NCBI GenBank assembly: GCA_028534125.1
Contig: CM052816.1
Span: forward strand, 26,290,001 to 26,354,000
Direction of reading: 5' to 3'
Source: Lama glama
Lineage: Eukaryota
DNA: 64,000 bases
This document shows positions 52,806 to 64,000 of this stretch, one piece after another; position 1 is the first letter of the stretch; every line of letters begins with the position of its first letter. The position numbers were made by a program, and so were the translations under genes. Below the pieces are notes generated by a model, which was not told the DNA's origin, searched no databases, and worked only from the letters and a program-made list of their open reading frames with translations.

Positions 52806-52895
52806 TCTCCCATTCAAGTACTAACCAGGCCCAACCCTGCTTAACTTTCAAGATCAGATGAGATCAGATGTGTTCAGGGTGGTATGGCCATAGAC
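52806..52895 (-). pseudogene. 3'-truncated (tailless) 5S rRNA retropseudogene, nt 1-90
   Basis: Minus strand gtctatggccataccaccctgaacacatctgatctcatctgatcttgaaagttaagcagggttgggcctggttagtacttgaatgggaga equals 5S nt 1-90 with CpG decay. TSD ggtataagacattct (52794-52808) / gatgtaagacattct (52896-52910). Confidence 0.95.
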
Positions 52896-55800
52896 GATGT
52901 AAGACATTCTTGGTTGCTATTTGAAACTCAGTCTTACTCATTTTATGAAGTGTCTTAAACTCAGTGTCAGGCTTGACTTCTTTCTCCACTTCTCCCACCC
53001 CAACTCATACCCTGCCAGGGCCAGCCTTGGTTGTGGATATAGTGGCTTAAAGGAATGGGAGAGACATGGTCTGCTGCCTACATAGTTCCTTTGTGCTTTC
53101 TCTAGTAGATCCCCTTGCCTCCTCCCTTTGGCCTCTGTCTTTCTGGGGCCACCACCTTGTCCACCATCAGTAAGGAGGAGGAGATTCTGCTGATGAGATG
53201 CAGCATGGCAGTTATGGAAAGTGTCTCTGGCTTGCTCTAGTTCAGTCTGATTCTGTTGAATACTGGAGCCCATGGCTGATTTGTAGTCCCTCCTCTTTCA
53301 AAGAACAGTGTCTTTCCCCTCAGCCTCCTCTGTTGCTCTGGAACCCTGCTTTCTTCAAAGGGGCTGTGAGCTGTCGCCTTTGTCTCTTTCAGAACCAACC
53401 AGTATATGCTGCAGTTCAATTCCTGGGTTCCGTGTCCCTTTGCTTGGCCTAATAGCCACATGGATTCTACACATTTCCTGCCATTTGTCACTCTAAATTC
53501 TCTAACATGTGGAGCCATAGGAAGTGCTTGGGTTCCTTTCTCTGTGCTTTGGAGGCCACTGAAGACTGAGAGGACACCCTCTATCTATTTCCAAGCACCT
53601 GACATTATGATTCTTTCAAACTCCAATACACTGAGCTACAACAGCAGGCCTCACACTGGTAGGAATCCCTGGATGACGTTCTGTATTTGATAATTCTCCA
53701 GAATTTTATGATGCATATTTTATGCCTCTTTTTCCCCTTCCTCATAGGGCAGAGGGCATGGTGGTTACTTACAATGACAACATGCTAGAGACTGAGGCTT
53801 CCAAACAGCTTTCTTAAGAATGTTTTTGTTACACCCTACTCCGGTGGCTGCCCTAGTGTCTTCCTGTGGGATCTGCAGCTTAGTAATAACTCTTCTGGGA
53901 GTGGGGAGCAGCCACCCCTTCTTTCAGTGCTCCTCCTCCCTTTATGAGTGACTCTTTGTGACTGCCCCTTCCCCCACACCTGGTTTCACAGAGGGAAATT
54001 ACTTCTCCGCAAACATTTAACTCAAAATCCAGCCACGCTCCACCCCTTCTTGCGTAAACTGGGGTGGAGATGAAGGAGGTCATGCAGGTCCTGAGAACAT
54101 ACCAGTGTCTCTCTCAGTAAGCCCCACGAGTGGGTAGCTCATCGTTACTACCCAGGACTCAACTTGTGCCTCTAGCAGCTTAGATTGTGGGATAACGAGC
54201 ATCTTTTCCCTCACCTTATTCCCAATTCAAAGATAATAGGAAAAAACCCAAGTTGATGTCTTTTTACACATAGATACCCTCTTCATTGTGTACCTCCGTC
54301 TCTGAGTGTTGATAAGATTTTCCAGTATATTTCTTTCTAAGCCATTGCCTCATTGTGTACATCTGGAATTACCTACAAGATATTTGCTTACTATAATACA
54401 TATTTTAGGGGCCTGACACTCTTTAAGGAGATAACCTTTTAGGGAGGTAGTGAGCCATAAGGCTAAATTTAACTGTGTTCTGGCTTATTCTGTGATAAAA
54501 GGCTGTCTAATAAGAGTGACACTAAACAGATATCCCTTTTTGTTAATTCTTTACCCAGAAGACTTTAAAGCACATTTCTGACCCAGATAGATTTTAGCCA
54601 CATTCACTAATACCGTTTTTCACAAGATGTACAAATATAATGTTTAGGTACAGTTAAATGTACACCTGAATTGCTGATGACCCAAGAAAACACACTGAAG
54701 AGGATAGCCCTATACTCCCAATGGCTTTCTTGCTTGATTTTCTGTATTATCGATATAAAACTGTGTGTGTTGAAGTTTACGAGACTTCAAGGGTGATTTC
54801 CACCATACCTTTCAAATATTATCTTTGAATCAAACCTACTGTTTTAAACTGCCTTCTTTCACTATAGACCATATGTCTCTTTTCCTCTACTCTGTACTTA
54901 TTCAGACTCTTGCTTTCCATTAAGATACAGGTCATGTGTTACCACTATCTCTGCATGGTTAATAGAATCTACTCCTCTGACCAGATTAGTGAGTTCAAAT
55001 GGAAGAGAAAGTATAGAATATTTATTGGAAAAGATCTTTGATTCACAGGAATCACTGTAACTCTTCAGAAAGAAAGATGAATGAACATATTTATACCTGC
55101 ATGGCATTTTTGTCCTATTGTTGATGATTTTTTAAACATTGCTCTGTGGAGAATGACGGTACAAAACAACTGATCAGAGCTTCTAAGGGCTTGTGGGGAA
55201 GAGACAAAAAAATAATAAACTGTCAAAAGACAGGGACAGGGACTAAAAGGAATAGACAAACATCAAATGAAAGCTACTACAAAGAAAAAGAACTTAATTT
55301 TTATTTAAATTGAAGTAAAGATTCACATAGACTCTGAAAAAGACAGGGGCATTAGATAAAATTGATTTTAATAGAAAAAAGAAAACAGGAAAGGAGATAC
55401 TGGACTTACATGCTATTAAAAATAAAGCTAAAATATTTGGAAATTTGAAAATTTATAAATTTGTGATTACAAAGTAGATATACAGTCAGAAGAAAATTCT
55501 ACCAAGTGATTTTTTTTTAATTAACAGAAAATCAGAGATTTATTCAAATATAGGCAAGGAACAAAAAAGATGTTGGCATTGAAAACTAAAGAAACCGAGG
55601 ACAGCCAGATTGTTTAGGGGACTTGCACACGAGTTCAAAGAAGTCAGCAAATGTACCAGACACTTGTCTTTGGGAATCCAAGGCTATTCTTGTGTAATAA
55701 TTCTAATAATATCGTACACTTGAAGAAAATAAATCTGTAATTTAATAACACGGAGAGATTATTGTCAAATGATGGATGGGAATGAGCCAGAATCTCCAGC

Positions 55801-56202
55801 ATTTCAGTTGGGAATATAAAAAGTGCATAGCCTTTGAACGAAAGGAGGAGGAGGAGAGAGCTTTCTTGGGGCAGGCAACTTTCTTAACCCCTAAGGAGTA
55901 TTTTTTTTTAACTATCTTTTAATCTTAATTGTTTTTAATGTTGGTTTTTTAGAAAAAAAATTATTTCCATATGTTTATTATAGAAAACCTAGAAATACAG
56001 CAGAGTATAGTTTTCTCACACACATACAAGAATCATTCTAAAATTTCTGCCTCCTGCCTTATTTTCCAAATAATATATTGTAATTTTCATGTATTTAAAT
56101 ATTCAGTAGAATTTAATTGAATTATCTACCCCCACTGTTTTGGGAAAATCAGATAGTTTTCATTCTTATTTTTAAAAAGCTACTATTATGAACATCTTTT
56201 AC

Positions 56203-56228
56203 GTGCTTGCTTCGGCAACACATACACC
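56203..56228 (+). pseudogene. 3'-truncated U6 snRNA retro-fragment (nt 1 to about 26)
   Basis: gtgcttgcttcggcaacacatacac versus U6 GTGCTCGCTTCGGCAGCACATATAC (22/25). 15-bp TSD atgaacatcttttac (56188-56202) / atgaatatcttttac (56229-56243). Confidence 0.9.
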
Positions 56229-57851
56229 ATGAATATCTTTTACTAAGATTTTTATACTCTTTTACTATTTCTAAAAGTTGAATGACTAGAAGATATGAAC
56301 ATTAAAGGTCTTTAAGACTCTTTAGTTTACCTACAGTTTGCAAAATTCTTAACTTGGGATCTGATTTAGAAAAATATTTTTAGTAAAGCATTTTCACAGG
56401 AATTTACACAGCCTAAAATATGTAAGTAACTGAGCCCCTGGCTGCACTCACCCTGCCTTCTCTCTGCTTCTCTTCCCTCTGAGATAGATGGGTTGATTAG
56501 CATCTTTTGGAGGGCCTGTCAGTAAGCATTTCTTCCCAGAGAAGAAGGTGTTGGTGGGCTAACTTTTACTTGGACACACAGTATATAGTACAATCTGTCT
56601 TTCAGTACTTTTCTTTGTGGGTAATAGTATCCCCTGGATTCTGGATTTAATGTAGGTTTTGATTCTCTCCCCTTCAAAAAAAAAAAAAAAGCTCTCAATC
56701 ATTAAAGTGGAAGTCTTGAAAGATGTATTCAAACTTATTAACCACCTGTAATTTCCTCTGAAATTAGGTAATCAGAAACATAGGAAGTTCAGTGATGCAA
56801 GTTTAAAAAGTGTATCTGTAAAAGACATGTTCAAAAACATAGTTACATAACCAGAGTATGGGATATGGGTGATTTTAAAATGTCTATATTCATTTGTCAC
56901 TGGAGCCCTGACTTAGCAACTTAGAAAAACTGTGTATAGTCCCCCCGAATGTCTTTTGGACCTTAGTTTATCCTAAGATCTAAATTAAGAGAAGACTTTG
57001 TAGACAGTGAACTTCCCATTTAATTCCTATCCTTTGACATAAAACATTCACAAGAAGGCAGGACATTCTAGGAGGAGACTAGGTAACCTCGAAAACCACG
57101 AGGCCTTGGCTACAAAATTCTCTCAGAGCTACCAAAATGTTAACAATTCTATCTTCTTAAGATTGGTAACTCTTAATTGGTTGATTGATAGTGGATTCAG
57201 GGATAATTAGAATGAATGATGTGGGAGTTGAGGCAATTATTCAGACATTTCAAATCAAAAGAAAGAAAAGTTTTGCTATTAAGAGATACAGGACACAATG
57301 GAACATGTGGGGCACAATTATCAAACCTGTTTGACCACATCTGTCAAATTCATTATATAACTGTTCATGCCTGTGCTTCTGAAGGCTCCTGTCCTCTTGT
57401 CTGTTGTCTCTTACTGGGCTTCTATAAACCAGTTTGGTTTCATGCCCTGTTCTCTGCTTTTCCCATCTGTTTAGCTCTGACCCATGCGCCAAGCCCACTT
57501 AGACATTCCTGCAGACTCCCCTCTTGTCTGCATTCTTGGGAAAGCAGTATGTTTTCCCACTTTAAGTCCTTGTGTGTGTTTTCTTTTTCCTATTCTGTGT
57601 GAATCTCAAGAACCTTGCAAAAAGTCTCTACACTTTCCTGTAAGTGGAGGAAATCGAAAGTAGGATAGAGAGTGATCTATCTAGTGACCTGCCTACCTAG
57701 GTGAAATGTGACTTGGGCAAATCTCCTCTGAATGTTCTGTCCTCTGTTTCCAACTACACAAGCAACTGTCTGATTTCCCAGACTAGTTAAAATTAGTTGT
57801 AAATTTATAAGGATGTTTTTATAGCAAGTTATAAAAAGCAAGGTCTCTGCT

Positions 57852-58033
57852 AAAATTATATAAAATAGATAAACAAGGTTATACTGTACAGCACAGGGAA
57901 ATAGATTCAATGTCTTGTAGTAGCTCACAGTGATAATGAAAATGAATATATGTATATTCATGTATAACTGAAGAATTGTGCTGTATACCAGAAATTGACA
58001 CATTGTAAACTGACTACAACTCAATAAAAAAAA
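57852..58033 (+). mobile_element. Camelid-type L1 3' end with polyA
   Basis: ataaaatagataaacaaggttatactgtacagcacaggg...ccagaaattgacacattgtaaactgactacaactcaataaaaaaaa. Confidence 0.88.
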
Positions 58034-60255
58034 TTTTTTTTTAATTTTAAAAAGTACATTGCCAACCAACCAACTTATGTCAGAAGAGTTTTAGTTTGGC
58101 TCCATGTACTACTGTGTAGCTTGGAGAACGTATTTTCATAAGCATATTTTCATAGAACACTTTGTATTTTTTATGTCCACCATGGGGGAACTCTTTCAAG
58201 AAAACTGACTCATAAGGTTACTTCAGTGGTTTTGAAATTCAAGATGTGGAGCAAACTTTGCCAACTAGAGCACTGTCTAGTTCAGTGATCAAACACTGTA
58301 TCTGGAAAGCAGAACTGAAAGTCTGCTAATTGTTTGCCTACATTCATGACAGCCAGATGCAGCATCAACAGAACCTTTTCTGATATGATTTGTTGGTTTC
58401 ATTTTTTCTTTTTGAATAATCAGTCTCTGCATCTTTACCTATATATTCCACAAAAAAATGTGTTGATAAAAGTCTTCACAAGCACTTGTCCTAAAATTTC
58501 AGTTGATGGTGAATTTCAGGGCAAACTCCTTTAGTGAGGTTCTGATCTCCTGTGGAATGTACATGAGGCCCATGGAAAGCATATCAACTGATTTACTGAT
58601 TTTATGCCTGACTAGCAATCCCTTTTTGCCAGGTTTGCTCCTATCAGTGTCCATTTTCACTTACTTTACTTTTTTTTTTCTAGTTGCTAATTAGTCATAG
58701 AGTTGTCATATTTAAGAAGTACATACAAAGACTGAAGGTTGCTAACTGGCATCCTGTTGGCTGAATCCAACATGTAGACATGTTTGATTCAGATTATAAC
58801 ACATGTAGGAATAAGAATTCACAGATTTGTCACGACCAGTCAAAAGATCTGCCACTACTCAGGCTGCCCCCATGTGTGCTGAATGGTAGTTACCTGCTTT
58901 GGATGAAGCTAGGATTCCTCTGGTGACCCTCACCAGCCCTCATCCAGGTCTTCCTTGTCATCAGTTGCCATCCTGTGCCCTGCAGGCTGTGAATAAGCCA
59001 GTCCTCATTTTGAACACTGGAAGAGGCATGGATGAAAATCCCCACAAGGAAATCACGGTATTTAAGTAGCTAAGGCTTTTCCAGTAAGATAGCCCTGCTC
59101 TGGATCTTCATTTATGTCAGTAATTATAATCAGTACATAAAATTCTCTGATCAAAAGTTTAAAATAACATTACTATTAGTGATTTGCATTACAAATATTC
59201 ATTAGCATATGTGTTAAGAGCCATGCTTTATACATCTGTTATATAGAATTAAAAATTAATTTTATAGGATGAGGTGCCGAGAGAAGTTTTATAACTTTTT
59301 CAGATCTTTAAAGAAAAAAGCATAAGCCTGGAGAGAAATATGCTGATCAGTTGCATTAAATAAAGCTGATGGGCCTATAGGAAAAAAAAATTCCTGTTCC
59401 CTTAAACTGAATCTTAAGTATATTTCACGTGGAATGCTTTGCAAAATACATCTGTTTACTTTGGATAAGTTGCTAGAGGGCCTACTGAGCATAAATAATT
59501 TCCAATAGCACCATTTTATCCAGCCGACTTTCATCTGGCATGCCTAGACATTCTCCAGATTGATAATACCAAGGCAGTCCCATGGCCTTATTCAGTACGT
59601 TGTGCTTATTGTTATGTTTTTGTCAGTTTAGGAGTCCTGGAGGATACCCATCAGCAGCCAGGAAATATCTGAGTAAACATATCAGGATCCAGTGTGTAAT
59701 TTTTTCTAAAGGTACACAAAATTGTCACTTAGTAGCCAAAAATTTGTGTTAATTTTACAAGTTAAATTATCTTTTAAAGAAATCACTTTCTTGGATTCAT
59801 GATTATGGTTACTGTTATCTCTTACTCCTATGGTGGCTCTATCCTCGTAACAGCAGTGCTGTCCGACATGGACAGGATCCCAGGTTCTTCAGGGCTCTGA
59901 ATGAAGGACACATGTTTTGCTTAGAAGATGGTTTCAGGCAGATTGGGACTTACAAACCACCTTTAACTCCTCTCAGAAAAGATTAGCACTTTTCTGAAGA
60001 GCTAATAAATAACCTCAGCAAACCCAGAAAGCACCTAAACAAGCATATTCTCCTGGGGAAACAGATGTTTCAACACCCATCCTGTCTACAGTGGACTCTT
60101 ACGATGATCTCGTACCTGGGATCAGCAAACTGGGATACTTAAGCCATAAATATGTAGTATGAAATTTTTATTCAAATATTACTAAATGTTTATTTAATCA
60201 AAACCTTCAGTACTCTATATTTTTTACTGTGGTAATTTGTTTTATGAATATAGTC

Positions 60256-60500
60256 TTTTTTTTCCTGTGGTAGTCAGTTACAATGTGTCAATTTCTGATG
60301 TACAGCACAGTGTCCCACGCATGGGTATACATAAATATATTTCTTTTCAACTTCTTTTTCATTAAAAGTTATTGGAGAAAGGGGGTGGGAAGGGGTAAAT
60401 TTGGGACTTTGAGATTTGCAAATGTTAACCACTATGTATAAAAATAGATAAAAACAAATTACTTTTGTATAGCACAGGGACCTATATTCAGTATTCTTAC
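60256..60500 (-). mobile_element. 5'-inverted (twin-primed) L1 3'UTR insertion
   Basis: Poly-T plus antisense 3' tip (60256-60370) fused to a sense segment (60371-60500) that immediately precedes it in the L1 3'UTR. Confidence 0.8.
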
Positions 60501-61624
60501 TGACACTTTTTTTCAGTCCTTTTAGTTGTGGAGATAATGCAATATGTTTTATTAGATAATCTTCAAGTAATCCTCATAATAATCTGGCAAAGCAAAACTC
60601 AATTTTCTCCCCAACTTTCAGGTTAAGTGTTACGATCCTAAAATCTCAAAATTATTGTTTGATCCCCGAACTAATACAGTATCCTTTCTGTATAGATGTT
60701 TGGAAAGTGTACTGTGTTTCCCAAAGATTTTATACAGGAAGAATTTTAAGAAAAATTAAAAATTAAAAAATAAAGGGAAATTCTTTCAACTTTAAAAAGT
60801 AACTAAAGTAGCTTTTTTTGGTTTTAGTTTGTCTTGTTTCTCAGATTTCAAGTCAAGAATTGTTATTTTCCCCCATAAGAACCTCATTAGTATGTCTGAC
60901 CACAGTTCTTGGAAGACATGTTTGGTACTGCTTAGGAGCTAACACTTGTGTGTCAGAGCTTCCTGCCAAGTCTGGTTGTTCTTGGCAAAAAAAAAAAAAG
61001 AGGAAAAGAAAATATCTCTTGGATGTGAACTGGGATTGAATCTGATCCAATTCAAGTCTGTGGCCTACATTTTGAAGAGAAATTGTAAAGGAACTGAAGC
61101 ATCTCATCAATAAGTCCTGAATCTTGCCCTCTCCTTTTTAAACTGCTAGCTGTTAGAGGGATTGCCCTACTCTATTTCTCCCATTTTTGTAGAGTTCCAA
61201 TTTTGTGAACTTTGTAATAGCCATTGTACAGGATACTGAATTTCAGATTGTACCCATATTGACGTTAAAAGGAAATATCTGTTTGATTTAAAATAATGTA
61301 CCTATGTAATTTTCATCCTGTCATGTCTGACTTATATTCAAGTAGTTATCTTTTTAGTTTGGTTAAGTAGTTCTGTAATTTAATTTTATAAATCTGGAGT
61401 TGAAATAGTAATGTTTTGGTAATACATTTGAAAATAAGGGGCCCTGTTGTTCTAGTTTTCTGTCCTGTGTTAGTGCTTGGCACATAGTAGGTGCTTAATA
61501 TTTAGAAGAATTATGAAAAATGACTGGATGAATAAAATTGCCATTTCTGTAGTTTACAATTTCATATGATTCAGCCTAATACTTACTTCATAAAGGTATT
61601 ATAGGAATTTAAAAAATGTAACAA

Positions 61625-62010
61625 GTGGAAATTGTGTAGACAACAGAAATGCAATTAACAGTGACTTGAACAGTTAGAGATTTATTTCTCACACATGATA
61701 AGAAGCCTGGAATTTGGCAGCCCAGGACCAGGACATCCACTCATTTGTAATTTTCTTATTTGTGGTTGCAAGGTTGCTGTTCCTCTGAGAAGCTGAAGGA
61801 GAAAGAAGTAGCATCTTCTTTCTCATATATCTTCTCTGTAGATTTACATGATGTCTCATGGCTCTATCTTATGGCAACCCCTTGAAGCAACAGGAGCTAG
61901 ATTTTAGGGAAGTTTTGGACACATTTCCACTCAAGACAGACTCAGCAGCCTGTTGGTAAAGGAGGAAAGAATGTTTATTGTGTAGGCGCCAGCGATGTCC
62001 ACCAGCACTG
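61625..62010 (-). mobile_element. MLT1K/L-like LTR, decayed
   Basis: aacagtgacttgaacagttagagatttatttctcacacatgataagaagcctgg...tggttgcaaggttgctg. Confidence 0.55.
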
Positions 62011-62414
62011 AGATGATCCATGTAAGATGCACAAAAAAAGATGTAGAATAACCACTGAATAAATTGTAACACTTCTTGCTTATTTATCAACTAAAATTAT
62101 TTCCCTCTTGCAACTCTCTCAGTAACCAAAGAAGGAAGCCTACATACCAAGATATCTTTAACTTTTAATATCTTTGTCTTCCGTCCGTGAAATTCTATGA
62201 AAGCAATTATATTTTTTAATTTAGCAAATGTTGTCATTATCTTTGTTTCCTCTTTTTAACATTCCAAATTATTCAAGTTCTTCAATTTTGTCACTATTTC
62301 CTTTTTTCAGAAAAATTATCAGAAACTTATTAAACACGTATTGTGACCCAAACATTACACTAGATACTAAATACTTTCAATATTGAATGAGACATAGCCC
62401 CTTGTCAAATGAAT

Positions 62415-62552
62415 GTGGTGATTCTGTAATGCATCTTCCAAACTAGGACACTTTGAGAATGAAAGAGGGATTTAAAACAATTATCCAATGTTAACTGATT
62501 TAAATCGGCAAATCCAGCACTCCCAGTCAAATCCAGATTTAAGGTCACCCTG
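62415..62552 (-). mobile_element. MER94 hAT-Blackjack MITE
   Basis: ccaaactaggacactttgagaatgaaagaggg...tcccagtcaaatccag...ggtcaccctg. Confidence 0.7.
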
Positions 62553-63562
62553 CTTAAAAGTTGAGTGTCTTTTGGAGAGAAACCAACATGCTAATAAGTA
62601 ATCACGATTTAATGAGTTAAAGTTAATAATTCTGGCACCTGTTGGGTGCTATAGAAGCACAATGGAGGAAGGAACTCATCCTCCCTGGAGTGATGAGCTT
62701 TCTTAAGCTAGACCTTGTCTTGGTGCAGGGTCAGTTTCTGCACTACCCTGGGTGCACACACTTGCGTGACTTGCTGGTGCAGCCCTAGCATGACTTGCCC
62801 TGTTCTTTCAGATGTAGATGAGGTTTAGAAACTCTACACACAGTATTGCTCATGGGACTTGCACTATGGCCAAACTAGAGCTCTGGGGGCTCAAGCCACT
62901 CCAGCTGTTACCTGGAACAGTGCAACGTGAGAGAATGATGGGTAGTATACGGATATTAATGCTCCATGGGGGAGAATTAGCCCAGATAGAAACAGTGAAT
63001 GAAAATAGGTTCTTTTTCTTCCTTTCCCACAGACAGTCTTGATATAGAGTATGGCCTCTCTGAGAACCACTGTCACTTTCGAGCGATTAGCTACACCTCT
63101 TATCAGGAGTGACCAGATGGGTAACAGACCCACTCCTTATATGCTTTCCCTTCTTTCCTGCACTGCCCCTTTCCTGTTCCCGCTTTCTTCTGGGATTGTA
63201 CCAAGGCTAAAATATTCCTCTCTGTCTTATTCTTTGTGTTCTGTCCCTGAATAAGCTCAGTAAAGGGGCAGTAAATTCTGAATGCTCTCCCTTCAGTTTC
63301 ACTTTCAACAATATACTCAGTACCTGTTTTCTCTGAGAAGGTCCTTTACAAGTAGGAAAAGTGTTTATGGTAAATAAACACATTTTCTTTGCATGACTGA
63401 GATCAGTAACTACTGTACGCTCTTTGCTGTGGTGGCACCATGACTGGGTACAGAAGTCTAGTAAAGATACAGATGTAGATGCAGTGGCTGCTCACCCAAG
63501 TCAGTCTGCTGTCTTCCTACAGTTTGCATGTATGTATGTAAATAAGTATGTATGTATGTATT

Positions 63563-64000
63563 ATTTTTTTAAGTTGAAGTTAGTTTGCTATGTGTCAATT
63601 TCTGGCGTACAGCATAACAGTTCAGTCATACATATACATACATATATTCCTTTTCATATTCTTTTTCATTATAGGTTACTACAAGATATTGAATATAGTT
63701 CCCTGTGCTATACAGTATAAATTTGTTTATTCTATATATAGTAGTTAGTATCTGCAAATCTCAAACCCCTGATTTATCCCTTCCCACTGTCTTCCACAAA
63801 TGGAACCTAATTAAACTTTGAAGCTTTTGCACAGCAAAGAAAACCACAAGCAAAACAGAAAGACAGCCTACGGAATAGGAAGAAATATTTGCAAAAGATG
63901 AGACTGATAAGAGTTTAATTTCCAGAATATATCAACAGTTTATACAGCTTAATAAAAAAAAATCCAAAAATGGGGAGAAGACCTAAATAAGCAGTCCTCC
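63563..64000 (-). mobile_element. L1 with antisense 3' end (63563-63795) joined to a sense ORF2 segment running off the window
   Basis: tttttttaagttgaagt...ctgtgctatacagtataa...tttatcccttccc, then acaaatggaacctaattaaac...ttttgcacagcaaagaaaacc (ORF2 KWDLIKLKSFCTAKET-like). Confidence 0.85.

Noticed and set aside
52806..52895. Functional 5S rRNA gene
   Set aside because: It lacks the last ~30 nt and the terminator, its CpGs have decayed, and it is a single copy with a TSD.
1..64000. The short ORFs in the supplied track as genes
   Set aside because: All are 163 aa or shorter, low-complexity or inside repeats, with no recognisable domains or splice-supported exon chains. This is the expected background for intronic DNA.
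19079..64000. GNG12 coding exons (MSSKTASTN...)
   Set aside because: Not seen in the window; they are presumably further downstream. The gene assignment therefore rests on the UTR exon alone.

Overview
Mammalian, most likely camelid, AT-rich and CpG-poor genomic DNA. The camelid call rests on a Vic-1-like tRNA-derived SINE and camelid-type L1 3' ends. The window contains no intact protein-coding sequence. It reads as the inside of a large gene on the + strand: a single strong 69-nt internal exon (19004-19072) resembles, from memory, the non-coding 5'UTR exon 2 of GNG12, which would make the rest intron 1 and intron 2. Most of the sequence is decayed transposons (MIR, L2, L1, MLT1/MLT2/ERVL, MER DNA elements). 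The notable items are small L1-mediated retro-insertions: a 5'-truncated CLDN10 processed pseudogene nested in an LTR and interrupted by a SINE, tailless 5S rRNA and U6 fragments with target-site duplications (TSDs), and three 5'-inverted L1s. Also present are a tandem DR4 nuclear-receptor half-site array, a 70-bp Z-DNA-type tract containing (CG)12, two upstream ATGs in the exon, and an unidentified decayed coding-like segment near 30.4-32 kb. I found no evidence of a novel multi-gene system. All family and gene names come from recalled consensus sequences, not database searches, and repeat boundaries are approximate unless TSDs are given.
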